From NCBI GenBank assembly GCA_028534125.1, contig CM052816.1:10232001-10296000 (forward strand): 64,000 bases of DNA, in the 5' to 3' direction. This document shows, in pieces, positions 1 through 14,180 of the stretch. Numbering within the stretch: position 1 is the first letter of the stretch; each line of letters opens with the position of its first letter. Position numbers and translations under genes: made by a program. The stretch is from Lama glama. Taxonomy: Eukaryota. Below the pieces are notes generated by a model. It was not told the DNA's origin. It did no database searches and saw only the letters and a program-made list of their open reading frames with translations.

Positions 1-574
1 TTAGTGTGTGTTTGCTTAAATTTCTGTCTCACATACGAGATCATCCACTTCATTGAGACAGAGATTAAATCTTTTTTGGCTCTTTTTTTATATATTCAGG
101 ATCTAGAAGATATAGGAATAAAATAAATGACTAAATATTTGTATGAGTTACCAATGTCAATATGTTTCCAAACATTTTTAAGGGAGCAGCCACAAATCTG
201 CAGATCCCGATATATCAAGTATATAAAAGTTAGGGTGCCAGATTGTCTTCAGGTATCTCTATACAGTCCTAAGGATCCTCATAGCAGAGTATGAAGACAA
301 TATGAGGACCTAGATAAATAACTGTACTGTTTTCTATGCTGGGTAGAACTCTTCATGTATTCAGCTAGCGGGAAATTTTGTGGATGAATCTAGCAGAACT
401 GCAATACACAAGAGCAAAGCAAAGAGACACTGGACCACTGTGAAGCCATTATCATTAACCTCATCAGTCAACCCAAGCCTATTATTTCGTGTGGACTCTC
501 CCTTTCCATCATTCAGCAATTTGTTCACCCGTGTGAAGCTGTCAAGTAGAATAGTGAAAATAGATCTTTATTTC

Positions 575-745
575 CCGAACAATTACTCTGTGCTTGTGCT
601 GTGCTAAGCACTTGACAAGCATGATGTTAGGTAATCCTACTTATTATTACCATTTTGTAGCTGAAAGAAGTTGAGGCTAGAACATATTTAAAAACTGGAC
701 ACAAATCAAATATCTGCTAAATTGGGATTTGAATCAAATTATTGG
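575..745 (-). mobile_element. MIR SINE remnant
   Basis: Resembles the MIR reverse complement (GTGCTAAGCACTT...ATTACCATTTTGTAG...GGGATTTGAA). Confidence 0.65.
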
Positions 746-2034
746 TTCACTCATTGATTCAGCAAATATACATTTTTGAGTGTCTGCTTTGTTAGATCTG
801 ATTCCTATTTATCCCTAAACAACTTCCATATACCACCACCAGCTAAATGCCTATTGCAAAGATGCCCCACATCTTCCCCAAATCCATGTATTCATTTTCT
901 TTTTTACCACGAGTGAGAAGTCTTTTAGCTTACTATTTTAAAAAAATTATCATTAATATTACTCTGAATGACAGTCAATATCAGTCAAAGGAAGGTATGT
1001 TTGCCTTGTATGCTATGCATCCTAATTCTACTCCTGAGAAGGTCTATAAGGAGCTAGCCCCATCCTCCCAGGAAAGAGCAGGAATGATGGTCACCTTGAC
1101 CATGGCCTTGAACATGAAGCTTAATGGAGTAGAGACTGGACAATGAACAGAATGATAAAAGAGAAATTAAACACAGTAGACTCCCAGGCATCTGTCTGTG
1201 GTTAACTCTATGGAAAACAAAAAGTGATTCAGGGAGAAATATAAAGAATCTTTTCCATCTTACCATCTACATTCCATGTGAGCCTCTCATCAGCTTATAG
1301 TCCAGATGTTCCTTTTCTGAACTTAGATTGTACTTACATTCCTATTCAGAGGACCATTTTTATTTGAAAATCTCCAAGGCTTTTTCCCCAGAATCAGATG
1401 GAAAAAGCAAGACAATATAAAATGAAGAGATTATATCATCCAACTCTACAAGAATCCTATTTAGAATCCTCCTCCAAACCAGGCTTTTTTTCCTTATTGG
1501 GCCATGTGGTTAGTTAATTAGGAAGAATGATGTTTCTGTTATTTTGTTTTTTGACTTAGAGAATTCACAGATATACATAGAATTGACTGGGATTTGGTTT
1601 TGGGACATACACTGTGTAGTGGGGTAAAATTAGCCCAGAGAGATCATTTCAAGGCTTCTAAAGAAAATGTCAGAATAGTGACTTGGATAGGGAGATTGGC
1701 TTCTCCAGGAAATGTAGCTCTAATCTCAAGGGTGATGTCTAAGAGCTGAGAAGAGGTGAGAGACTCACATTAGTTCTCAGTAAACTTCTGAGTCCACACA
1801 AGGACCTCAGTGGTTGTATATGACTGCTCCTTCTTGTGGTTTGTATAGTGTCCGATGTATAATGCATGCATTTTCTGCTTTTTTGCATGTGATTCTTCAT
1901 AGGAAGAAGCTAATGAACTTAATACTATGAGATATTTACTCAGAATTACTAGAAGTGATAATATACTATGTAGAAAATCAATATGAAAAGCAGGCAAAAT
2001 AACATCACTGTAAAATTGATGCTCTCCTATATGA

Positions 2035-2970
2035 ATTCATTCATTCATTCACTCAATAAATTCAACAAATATTTATTGGGTCTCTAGACATGTGCCCAGC
2101 ACTGTTTAAGGCTTTGGGCTTATAATAATAATTTTTAAACAGGACAAAACCTTTACCTTCCTGGGGAAGACAAATAAAATTAATAAGTATATTAAATTAC
2201 ATGAGAGAAGGTATTAATCACAATAAAGTAAAATAAAGACAGGAATGGGGTTAGGGAATGAAGTGGGAATGATATAATTTTAAATAGGGAGGTCAAGAAA
2301 AGCCTTATTAAGAAGATTGACTGTATTAGTCAAGGTACTCTGGGGAAACATAACCATAGGATATAGATACATAGAAACAGATTTATTATGAGAGATTGGC
2401 TCACACATTTATGGGGGCTGAGAAGTCCCAATATCTGCCATCTGTCAGCGGCAGGTTGGGGAAGACCGGTGGCAGAGTTCCAGTCCAAAGTCAAAGGACT
2501 GAGAACCAGGAGCACCAGAGCCCTAGAACAGGAGAGGGTCTGATCTCAAGCGGAGATGAAATTTATCCTTCTTTCTCCTTTGTATGCTATTCAAGTCCTC
2601 AACAGATTGGAGGATGCCTACGGACATTGGTAAAGGTGATCTTTTTTACTCAGTCTACTGATTCAAATGCTAATATCTTCCAGAAACATCCTAACAGACA
2701 CACCCAAAAATAGTGTTTTGCCAGCTATCTGAGAATCCCTGAGATTTATCAGTTTGACATAAAATTAACCATCACAGTGACATTTGAAAGGCTTGAAGTT
2801 GAGTGAAGAAACCATAAAGACAGCTAGAAAAAGAGTGCACCAGGCTGAGCCAATGTCAAGTTCAAAGCCCTGAGATAGAGGCATGCTTGTTGTTTTGGAA
2901 CGGACAAGACCACTGTGGCTAGAACAAAGCCAGAAGGGGAAAGTTGTAGGAAGTAGACTCAGAAAGTAGT
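2035..2970 (-). mobile_element. L2 LINE 3' fragment, split by an MLT2 LTR
   Basis: (CATT)n followed by CAACAAATATTTATTG, the L2 3' end; L2 sequence resumes at GTGACATTTGA after the LTR. Confidence 0.7.
2322..2776. mobile_element. Solo LTR, MLT2-like (ERVL)
   Basis: TGTATTAGTC...AAAATTAACCATCACA termini; 5 bp TSD TTGAC/GTGAC (1 mismatch). Confidence 0.85.
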
Positions 2971-3329
2971 AAGAAGCCACACAATTTGCTGATATTTGTC
3001 CTAGTTTGAGCAGAAAGACATTCAAAATATCATAAATCAGCAGTGTACATATCCAAAGCTATTTGCTTAGGTCAGTTATCAAAAAATAGATACTATTTGA
3101 TTAATAAGTAAACAGTAATTTTTAAAAATTAAAGATCCACTCCTTGCAAAAATATTTATGAGCCCAGAAAACTCGATGGAGGGAGTATATTTGAATTAGT
3201 TTATGACAACATAGAAAGTCAGGGAGAATTCAGAAAACAAATGTAGGACTTTTGATTACACCATCTGAGATACTCATAGATGTATCTCTATATTGCAGAA
3301 GCAACGTCTTGTTGAAGGGGTATCTGAGA

Positions 3330-3740
3330 AAGGATTTCTCTACCATAAGTAATCAAAATGCAATTCAAAATTGGTTTAACTAACAAAGGAGGTGTCTTGC
3401 CTTGTATAACTAGAATGTTCAAAGTTAGCAATGGCCTCAGGATTGATTTAATTCAGCAACTCCACAATGTCACCAAGGACTCATGTTTCCATCAGTGTAC
3501 TTGGCCTTCCATATTGACAATATTATCCTGAGAACGGCCATCCTCATGAAAAAAAAGGCCGCAGCAGTGCCAGATTTCATATCCTCATGCCATACCGTCA
3601 GAAGGTGGGAAGAGATGCTTTTTAGACACTCTCTTAGAAGAATGAGGGAGTTTCAGAATTACTCAGCAAAGATTTTCCTTCTGTTTCATTGACCTAAACT
3701 GGGTCAAAAGTACATTCCTCATCTAAACCTTCAGCTAGAT
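3330..3740. mobile_element. Old MLT1-type MaLR LTR remnant
   Basis: Degenerate MLT1K/L-like motifs (AATGTCACCAAGGAC, TTTCATTGACCTAAACTGGGTCA); boundaries approximate. Confidence 0.55.
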
Positions 3741-3804
3741 GAATTGCATGCACCGATGTCAAAGAACTGGGTTGTGATGATTTATTCATTCACTCATTCA
3801 GCAA

Positions 3805-4298
3805 AAATTTATTTAATTGAAGTTTAGTTGATTTACAATGTTGTGTCAGTTTCTAGTGTACAGCATAGTGATTCAGTCATATATATGTACATATTCTTTT
3901 TCATTATAAGTTATTACAAGATATTGAGTGTAGTTTCCTGTGTTATACAGTAGGACGTTGTCACTTATCTATTTTATGTATAGTAGTGTGTAAGTTTGAT
4001 ATATAGTAGTTTGTATCTGCTAATTCCAAACTTATAATTTATCCCTTCCTCCTTTCCCCTTTGGTAACCATAAGTTTCTTTTCTATGTTTATGAATCTGT
4101 TTCTGTTTTGTAAATAAGTTCATTTGTATCGGGTTTTTTTGTTTCACATATAAGTGATATCATACAATATTTGTCTTTCTCTTTCTGACTTACTTCACTT
4201 AGTATGATAATCTCTAGATCCATCCATGTTGCTGCAAGTGGTATTACTTCATTTTTATGGCTGAGTAGTATTTCATTATATATATATATATATATATT
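3805..4298 (-). mobile_element. L1 3' end (younger, artiodactyl-type 3'UTR) inserted in an L2
   Basis: AATTGAAGTTTAGTTGATTTACAATGTTGTG...TCCATCCATGTTGCTGCAAGTGG is typical L1 3'UTR reverse complement; homologous to copies at ~31-33.7 kb and 47.8 kb. Confidence 0.9.
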
Positions 4299-5480
4299 CT
4301 ATTGTGTGCCAGGCATTGCTCTAAGTGCTTTGAATATGGTGATAATCAAAATAAAGATTCATATTATCATGTAGGGGAGACAGACATTAACATAATAAAT
4401 GAGTGAATTATATAAAAGTTCTGACGGTGATAAATACTATGGAATAAATGGGGGGAAGGCAGGGGAAAAAGAATTGGAATATTAGAAGTTGAAAGAGATG
4501 GTTTCAATTGTAAAATGAGGTGGTTAGCACAGGATTCTTTAGGAAGATGGCATCTGAACAAAGCCTTCAAGGAGAGGAGGAAGTTAACTATCAGATTACC
4601 TTCAGGAAAAGCATTCCAGGTAGAATCATTAGCCAATGCAAAGACCCTAAGACAAGAGCTCACATAGCACGTTCAAAGAACGGCAGTGAGGCCAGTGGTG
4701 TGAGGGAAGGATCAGAGGCAAGATGAGGTCAGAGACCATGGAATCTGATCCTGCAAGTCTTGTGAGCCCTTGTAAAGTCTTGACTGGCTTGACTATTATT
4801 TGGAGTGAAAGGGAGGGTCACTGTAGATCTTTTCAGCAGAAAATTACATGATCTGACTTGTTTTAAAAGGAACCAACTGTTTGATGAATTATGAATGGAC
4901 TCCAGAGGGACAAGAGCTGAAATAGAGGGTCCACTTAGGAGCCTACTGAAGTAATGCAGGGGCTGCTCAGATGAGGGTAGTAGCAGGAAGTTGTGAAAAG
5001 GAGTCAGATTCAGGATATGTTCTGACGGTTGAGCTAACAAGAGTTTCTGCTGGGTTGGATATAGGGTATGAAAGACAGGCAGGAGTGAGAGATGATTCTA
5101 AGCTTTTGGGTCTCAGCAACTGGAAAAATAGTGTTAGCAATGAATGAGGAAGAGAAGGCTCTAGGAGGAGCAAGATTTCAGTGGAAGATCAGGAATTCAG
5201 TTTTGACACCTCAGTTTAAGATGATAAGAGGGTAGCTGAATATAGAAGTCTATAGATTATAAGAGTATACTGAACTGGAATAAAAACTAGGGAGTCCTCA
5301 GCCTGTGGGTATTATGAGATCATCAGAGAAGTGAGAGATCTGGCTGGGAGGTCAAGTAAGATTACAACTGAGTATGGAGCATTGGGTTTAGCAATATGGA
5401 GATTATTGGTGATCATGAGAAGAGGAGTTTTAATGGAGTGATAGAGAGGAAAAGATGTGATAGAAAGTTTACAAAGAAAG
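4299..5480 (-). mobile_element. L2 LINE fragment including degenerate RT coding sequence
   Basis: Minus-strand translation TPLLMITNNLHIAKPNAPYSVVILLDL resembles L2/CR1 RT; its 3' (CATT)n end lies at ~3783, before the L1. Confidence 0.8.
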
Positions 5481-5482
5481 CC

Positions 5483-6990
5483 TGTATCACTTCCTTCCTC
5501 CTTGTATGGGAAAATTGTTCTCACATCAAGAAGGAAGTCTAATACTCCTCTCTTTGAATTTTTGTGACTTTGACCAATAGACGTAATGTCCTGGGAAATT
5601 ACAGTGTACCCAGGCTTATTCAATACTTCTGTTTGGAATGTTCCTGCTTGGAACCCAGTGGCCATAGTGAGAGGAACCCAAGCCACATGGAGAGGCTGTA
5701 TCTTGACATTCCAGCTGATGGTCCCCGTTGATAGTCAGGGTCAATGGTCAGCTCTGCAAATGAGGCATCGTAGATGTTCAACCCAGTCCGTCTGTTAGGT
5801 GACTCCTGCCTCAGCCACTAACTGAGTACAACCATGTTGTGGGTTGGGTTCCCCAGGAAGTAGATTCTGAGGCAGAGAAGTTTCCCTAGGGAGTGCTTTG
5901 GGGATGTATACCTATAGAATGTATGGAAGACAAAAGTGGGAAGCAGATTGACGGAGAAATGAAGTTCCTAAGCAACCCCATCAGAACCTCAACTGACGCT
6001 TTTAGGGAATTCTGAGGATGGGATGATTCCTTGTATCTGTTCCAAGTAGTGATAAAAGAGTTGTGCTTTATATGCCCTGTATTAATTGGTCCTTGGATAC
6101 GGGCTACCCTGGGAAGGGTGTGAGACCTTGGGTGAGGTGACTCTCATGAACTGAGGCTTTCCCTGAAAAAGACCAACAGCTGAGGGCTGTCAGCCACACT
6201 CCCAGCAACTGCTGTAATGGGTCCTTCATTTCTGAAGCCAGATCTGATTGACATCGTAGGGATCATGACAAACTTCTTGATAGATCCCAAGGGAGAGCTG
6301 CCCAGCTGAGCCCAGTCAACCACAGAATCATGGGAGGTGACAATAAATTGTTGTGTTAAACAAGTCAGAGTCTGGGGATGAGAGCTGGTTAAGCAGTCGT
6401 GGATAACCAGAAGGGAAGGTGAAACAAGGCCTGAGCTTTGGAGCATCTCGACGTTAGGAGTCCGGAGAGAGGAGGGGGAGCCAGCAGAAAGTCAGAGGAG
6501 TTACCAGCAAAGTAGGGGATAAAGCCATCTGTTGTGGCAGACTTGGCCCCATAGACCCTCATTCCATCCCTCAGCCTCTTCCTCTTGGATCTGTATGGCA
6601 GTGGCACTGATCGCTGCAAGCTGGTTTTCCAAGATTCTCATGTTAGTTCTTTTCTGGCTGGGATTAGTTTGTGAAGGGCACTGATGGGAAATTGGAGGGA
6701 GGGAGAAAAGGGAAACCAGGTATTTTCTTTCTTTCTCTGATTGTGGCTGTATCTCTTTCCTGGCCCCGGCTTCCACCAGACAAATCCTCCATGTTTCTAG
6801 CTTCTGCTGGATCCCTCCAGCCCATGGACTTGTCCCTCCTCTTTGTTCCTCCAGCCTAGCTTGATACTGTGTTTCTGCCGTTGCCAGTCTCTGGCTTTCT
6901 CACTTTCTCCTGTTTGACTTTTTAACTCTTTTGTCACCTGTGTCATCAAGGCCCTGAATTAAATTCCTCTTGTCAAATACCAAGAATAAT
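5483..6990. mobile_element. Cluster of nested old LTR remnants (MLT1-like split by LTR33/LTR16-like ERVL pieces)
   Basis: MLT1 motifs (CCCAGCTGAGCCCAGTCAACCACAGAATCATG...AATAAATTGTTGTG) flank GGTTGGGTTCCCCAGGAAG...-type LTR sequence; subfamilies uncertain. Confidence 0.55.
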
Positions 6991-9219
6991 TTGCATATTC
7001 TTGATTGGATCCTGACTTGATTTGGTCCTGAAAGCCAAGTGAAGAAAGTCTGTCAAAAAGGAAGGAGTAATTAACTCTGCGATATGCTGCCGAGAGGTCA
7101 AGGAAGCTGAGGGCTGAGAACGGATGATTAGATTTCACAAAACGGAGATCACTGGTGACATAACCAGGGGAGTTTCAATAGCGTGGTTGGCAAGAAAAAG
7201 ATCACTTAGGTTAAATAAGGGACCACTTCTGCAGCTGTGGTAGGGCCAGTCCCCCACAGGACCATCATAGGGAGGACAGAGAATGGATGGGGGGAAATAA
7301 CTACAGTATCTACTCTCACCAAGGGCGAGGCAGAAGGCTGAGACCACAAGAGGGAATTCATCTCTGTGGAAAGAGCCAGCAACCAAAGTCAGGACCTTCC
7401 AGCAAATAAACTCAAGGACTCAGGTGCATGACAAAAATACATGCCAAAGCAGGAAGGTAAAGTCACATAAGGAAAATCCAGAAATTCTGGTTAAAGCACC
7501 AGAAAAATTCAGGATCCCTTTGGGGAACAGTGACTTTCAGCTTTCCAAACTTCATTTTTGGAATTGGACAAACCAATTAACAGTATACTGTGGGTGAATT
7601 TATTGTAGGAAGTTGTGTAAGTTGATAAAATATGTTTATCTGCAAAACTTCAGAATACAACATTTTTGAGTAGGGATTTCACTTGAGTGAAGCTTATCTG
7701 AAGAAATAATCCAAAAAAAGGAAAATGTTTAGGCGTAAAGATGAATACTGAACTAATATTTATTAGAATAGAAAAGTTGGAAGCATAGTTGTTTAGGAAT
7801 CTGGGAATATGTAGTTCAACTATAGAGCACCCACTCAGAAGACTCATATGAAAACCATTAAAAGTTATGGTTCTACACATAAAAAATACAGATAATTTAA
7901 TGCTCAGCTTTTAGGATGAAGGATGCAGCATTTATATGCAGAGCATAATTATAACTAAGTGAAAATATGCTAACACGTAGCAATGTGAGGATGGTGAGAC
8001 CCTCGGTCAGCTTTCTACTCTCTTATGCTTTATTCATTGACCATATATAATTTTTTAATAGTGGGAAAAAAACTCTTTAAAAATAAAAAAATTTCAAGCG
8101 ATATTAGACAGATAATTTTCTTTGAAGAAATTCTGTGTTTAGGAGACACAATAGAGATGGTTTCTTTTATTCTTAGGATAGACCATATTTTAGTTTATCA
8201 GAGCCTTAATCTGAGTTCCATTTTCTTTGGTTTCTGGTGATCAGAACAATATTTAACTTGTGTCAAAGCTGCCTCCCTTTCAGCCTTTTATATCCCATTA
8301 CTGAAGTGTTTAATTCACTTGTCATATCATAATACTTGAACTGACAAAATTGCTTATATGCAAATGTCATAGCCAACTGCTGCAAGTTTCTGGGATCCTA
8401 ATTACATAGATGAAAGCTTATGTTGCATGCAAATGGATTGAAAACCTTCACAGAGAGAGGAATAAGAAAAAAATATGCTGTAATAAAAATATCTTTAACA
8501 CAATCTTTAGGAGAAAAAAATGGGGGATTGAATCCGAGATGAAATTATGTCTTTCAAATATATTACAAGCTCTCGGTCTCAAATTTGAAAGTTTCTGTCC
8601 ACAAATCTCCCCATCCAGAACCAACACCCTTTTCAAACCACTCTGTTATTTCAAAACCTAAATGGATAGCTTACGAGTTATGCTTTCTTTGTATTGTTGG
8701 AGAGTGTATGCCAACAAAAGATAAGGGAGCTCTCAGACATTAAGCTCAGAAGAATGTCAATGTCAACCAGTACAGTACTTCCAGCAAACCCCAGGAACAA
8801 AGAAATATTTGGGATTCCATTGGAAATGAAGAGAATCAGACAGTTCTTTTTGCTTCTTCTTAATGTTAACCAAGAAGCATTAACCAACATTATCTGCTTG
8901 GCTTTGATCATAACAACAAAACATTCCAGATATCTTATGCAGACAAGGAGTAGAGGTCTAAACTTCAGTTCCTCTTACATTCCTCAAATTATTTTAAAAG
9001 ATGAATAAACAGTGGATATGTTGTTTTGATAACCCAAGAGATTCTAATCAGGTATATGAACTTTTTTCTCCAAAATTTAGTGTTTTTCTTTCCCTCAGGT
9101 CAGACACTATGTTTTTTCCCACTCAAAATTGTTCAGATTCCTCCTCACCCACTAATAGGTTAATGACCAGCCTAATCCATTCAAGTTTCAACAGTATCTT
9201 CAGTCAAAAACAGGGAATT

Positions 9220-9470
9220 GTATAGCATAGCTTTAAAAGCATAGACCTATGGGTCAAATTTCCTGGATTCAGATCCAGCCTTTACCACTTACTAGTTGAG
9301 TGGCCTTAGGCAAGGGCCTAACCTCTTTGAGAATCATGGCTTCATTCCTGAAATAAGGATAACATGAGTATCTTTCTTCAAGGAATATTGTGAGACTAAA
9401 TGAATGAATACATTTAGAGTGGCCCTTGGTGCATGGTATGTACTTAATAAAGCATTAGCTGTAATTATAA
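9220..9470 (+). mobile_element. MIR SINE
   Basis: TAGCATAGCTTTAAAAGCATAG...CCACTTACTAG...CCTTAGGCAAG core...TAATAAAGCATTAGC. Confidence 0.75.
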
Positions 9471-12400
9471 TCAGCAACCTTTGTGTCCGGCTCCAGGAAA
9501 TTCTTTGGAGATGATTATACCCACCCTTCAAGATAATGTGGTGGGACTGATAATTAATCTCTCTAGCTCATTTAAGTGAACATCTGGTAAAGTTTTCATT
9601 CCAAACAGTATCATTTGGAATGACTCGGCCAGACCATGACTAAATAAGGCAAACATTCTCTAATTCTACTGTATTGCTGACCAGAAATGTTTTTCCCCCT
9701 CTGCTTAGAGCCAGAGACAATGTTGAGACACGGTGGTAATTCATTTCATTTTACAGACAAGGGAGTGGTTAAGCTAAATACATGGAATCCAACTACAAAT
9801 ATCTGGGTAAAATATTTTTTTAAGAGCAGACAATTACAACACCATTCTTATTCTCTGGGAATGTAACCACCAAATCCTGGTTATTTTGTGTAATAATTTC
9901 CCTCTTACAGAGAGAAAAGAAGGAGCCAATATAACTGATTAACAAACAGCAATCTTCATCAAAGTTGCACGCTGCTTTGTAAAATGTAATACTTTGTCCA
10001 CAAAACCTTTGTGCCCCAAGGATTCTAAAAATAGCAAAGACCTCTTTACTCCATAAGAATAAGAGAGATGCAAAGATCTTTGAGGTTGTCTTTCGTTCAA
10101 CCACCACAGTTAAGACTGATAATTTTAAGAGTGAAGCAGAAAACTGACTTATTTAAGGCTGTGTGGCAAATTTAGCACAAATCTGGAACTAGGACTAGAT
10201 CACCTAACTCCTAAAGTAGAACCTTTCACACCTTTCCCATGCTTCCCCAAACTCCACTGCCTGCGATTATGAATGAGAGGGTCTGGGCACCTTCACTTCC
10301 GGAGAGATATCAGTGTAGGTTTCCTCCTTCTATTGTGTTTTTTGCAAGTTGCAGCCGAAGTTCTTTTCCATCCTGACCACCTGCACACCCTATGTAGCAT
10401 TTTGGCACTTTAAGTTGTGGGTGTGCCAAAAAAAAATTCCAGTAAGTGATCAACATACATTGTACCTGGGATGATTCTAATGATCTATTATTGAAGACAC
10501 AAAATAGATCGGGTCCTGGGCTAAATGCTTCATAGGGACGACTTGGTTGACTTCTCACAAGAACCTTATGATATAGTTAATATTATTAACACTCTTTGAC
10601 AGATGAGAAGATTGAGACTTAGCAAAGTTAAGTCAGTTGCATAAAGTCACCCGAGTGTAAAGTATCAGAGTCTATCCACTTTGATAATCTTACCCCTCAA
10701 GCTTGTAGGTAAGTTTTTTTTTTTTTTTCCTGTTTTGGGACTATCACTGCCATCCACACATCTATCACTGTCTGATTGTTCTATTTCTTGCTTTAGGTTC
10801 GTATGCGTGTGCTCTAGATTTGTTGGCTTAATGCTGTTTTTTCCAGTATCTTGTTTATCTAACAAGAACTTAGACAATAGTTAGGTGTCTGGCATTGTTC
10901 TCACATATATATTTACTTCATCTTTACTGCAACCAAGTGAGTTTGGTAAAATTAGTATCTTCATTTTATAGGCAAGGAAACTCAGGCATGTGTGTAACTT
11001 GCCCAAGGTCACACAGCTAGTAAATGACAGATTGGACCATAAATTTGCATTATTTAATGTTATACTTTTTTCTCTTATTTTCTTTTTTTTTTCAAGAGCG
11101 TATTCTCAAAAGAAAATTTTAAGTAGAAATGTTCTGATAGAAGGAAGATTGGGTTGGCCCAGATTTCCCCTCAACTCTCATCCCATAGTCATCTTCGGGA
11201 TATACCAAGGATCAGAATCTGAAAACCACTGCTTTAGACTGTAAATCATTTTTTCTTCCTTAGTTATTTCACATAATTATTATCTGTTCTCAACCCAAAA
11301 GAATTGTGTTGCCACAAGCAATAACTTGCGGGTGATGTTGCAACCATTTAAAAAGTGATCTTCATAAGGGCTAAGTAATAACATGGCCAGGTGGCTATAC
11401 TGCAATATTGAATGGAGCAAAGGAACACAGAGAGCAGGCATTATGTGGTCATAGCTGTATAAAAATCCACGTGTCTGTACGCCTTTGAGAGGCTGTGTTA
11501 GAGTAGTGGGGTTATGGGTGATGTTTTTCTTGTTCAAGTTTCATCTGAAGCTATTCTACCACCGAAATGAAAAATGACCCCAGCAACATACCAAAACAAA
11601 GAAATATTCCTGAGAAAGGACATACCCTTTAACCTAAAGGAAAGACTTAGTTGTAGATGAACTATCAGGATAGCCACTTTTCTCCAGATTATGTTTTTGG
11701 GATATCTGTCTCATAATGCTTACTAGCATTTGGTAGATTATGTTAAGGGTGTTGCTCTGGAAAGTTAGTCAAGAGACTGACAAATTGAATTGTGCCCATC
11801 CTCTTTAAATAGAATGTAGCTATTAAAATTATTATTCACAGTGAGTATGTTATGGCATAGAAGCATGTTCAGGTTACATAAAAAGCAATATAATGTTTAA
11901 AAGGAAAGCAAAATATATTGTGTGTACAGTGTGATGACAATTATAATAAGGAATAATTTAGAAAAGAAAAACACCAAAATATTAAGACTGAGTTGGAGAG
12001 AAAGCAGTTGGATCATTTTCCCCCTTTCTTTTTATTTTTCTGTATTTTCCAAATGTTTTATAATAAACACAAACTATATTATAATGTAAAAGTATAAACT
12101 GAAGTTTTAAGAAGAATTAAGAACCTGAAGTAAAAAGCAAGAGACTCAGCATCTTATTTGAGGATTCTGAGAGTAGCAGAAATTGTTCACAGTTCCATTT
12201 CCCATTTACCCGTCCATGAGGGATGAGAGACTGCAGACACTGGAAGATCATTCAGTCTAAATGTAGCCCTCAGATTTCTCAAAACCGCATGAATAGCTCG
12301 TATTTTGCTCTCTGGGGTCTTAGACAAAAGTCAGGTTTCAAAAGCTCATGCACCTTGTGAAATTTTAGGAAAGGGCCTCTTCTCCAAGAAGCCATTTGTT

Positions 12401-12691
12401 TTTCCTTTTAAATACAGCTCAACTTCAAAGATATTACAAAAATTAGAAAAAGAAAATATTATATTGATTGCATTTTCCATTTGAGACCAATAGAAACACT
12501 TCTGTTTAGGAAAAACCTGCACCATCTCAGAAACTCGCAAACCTGGCTGGTTACCAGAACCACATGCGAAGCTTTACATCTAATAGCAGGTGATGGGGCT
12601 CGCAGGAGACTGCGACTCAGTAGACAAGGGATGGGGGTCCTCTCTGGTTTGTTTACGCAAACACCTGTAACTAAGCTAAAATATATTATCT

Positions 12692-12805
12692 TCATATGAC
12701 CAGCCACATTCTCATTTTCTCTGGGGTGTTCTGATTTTAGCCCTGAATACCTGCATCCCAGGAAGTTCCTCAGTGCTGAGCAAACAGAGCCAGTTGGTCA
12801 CCCTA
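12692..12805. mobile_element. MER81-like hAT-Blackjack MITE
   Basis: Ends in the terminal repeat GTTGGTCACCCTA; degenerate counterpart TGACCA at the left; ~114 bp. Confidence 0.7.
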
Positions 12806-13944
12806 AATCATCTTTGCAGACTCCTAACCAGGACATACCTTTGAATCATTTTTAGTCATCGTGCAAACACAGAGAAATGAAGAACAGAAAGAGTGGAGTG
12901 AAATCTTTGAAACGTACAACTCATCTTTCTCAGACTTGAAGCCATCAAAATGGTCACATTGGAAAAAAGTAAAACCACTTAGTTTTTTAATCTTCTAGCT
13001 TCTTGGATGTTTCTCTTTCCCAATGAACATTTTATTTAAGAGACCATGATGGGGGTTCTTAGCTGTTATGACTCTATTTTAAAATGCCTCTTAGGAAAAA
13101 GCCGAAAGAATGACAGTTTTATCCAAAATGTAGGTCCAGTCCTCAACCATCATGGATAAACATTGCCTTTATTTTTGTTTCTTTCTTTTTTTTTTCTTTT
13201 TGGAGTTCCAATGGTAAGATAATGAGCTCAAACATTAACTAAAGGGCTTTCTTTCAAAGTTTGAACTGGAATTAAAGCGTCTGGGTCACTTGTTTCATCT
13301 GTTGAAGTTGGAATGGGTTGGTGTATAAATTCTTGCACTGTGTTACCCTCTTCAGCCTTTGTTCAATAACAATCTAGTTGGAGGTGTAGAGTAAGACCTC
13401 TTGAGCATCAACAATGGGAGGAGTGATGTGTGTTATCATTAGAGATTCATTCTATTATGAGAAGCACACACTGAACCATGAGAAATCACACGACTTTAAA
13501 CAAGCCGCTTATAAATGTAGTAAAGAGTGACTTTTACCCTTTCCGCATCAAATCACAGTGTGGAGGCAAAAAGACCAGTTATTGTTCAATCATTGTCCCA
13601 AATAAAGAGACACTATTTTCCTAGGAAAAGCAAAACCCTGTTATTCTTACCTTTCTCAACTCTTTGTCAAAGAGAAGGAAATTATATGGATGTTCTAAAA
13701 GATATGATTTCCTAACAAGCCCTATTGACATTCATCCCCAGTGCAGAATCTTGGGGAAAGTGGGCTTATAAAATTTTAATAGCTTTGGCTGTGCTTTCAA
13801 GTGTCTTATTTACTTTAACAACAGACTTCCTAACCAAGATCCCAGAGCAAGGAATCTGTTGCTGAATCAGTCTGTCATCGAGCTGGGGCCGAGGAAAATC
13901 TGAGGGATGGCAATGCTTTGGTGGCCAGCGCACAGTCAGCAGGC

Positions 13945-14180
13945 AGTGCTGTGTAGTGGCTTTGCATACCAGTGATCGTGTTCAAATCCAGGCTTTCCCT
14001 CTTACTAGCTCTGCAACCGCAGGCAAGATGTTTTACCTTTAAGCCTCCGTCCCCATCTATAAAATGGAGCAAAAATTCTAGCCCCAGAGAGCTTTTTTGC
14101 AGCTTGAGTGAAATAAGCAAGGCAGCAAACACAGAGTGGGATGTGAGGTGTGTGCTGGGTGAGTGCTGGTGGCTGATGTA
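13945..14180 (+). mobile_element. MIR SINE
   Basis: GTTCAAATCC B-box remnant, CTTACTAGCTCTG, CCCATCTATAAAATGG core. Confidence 0.65.
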
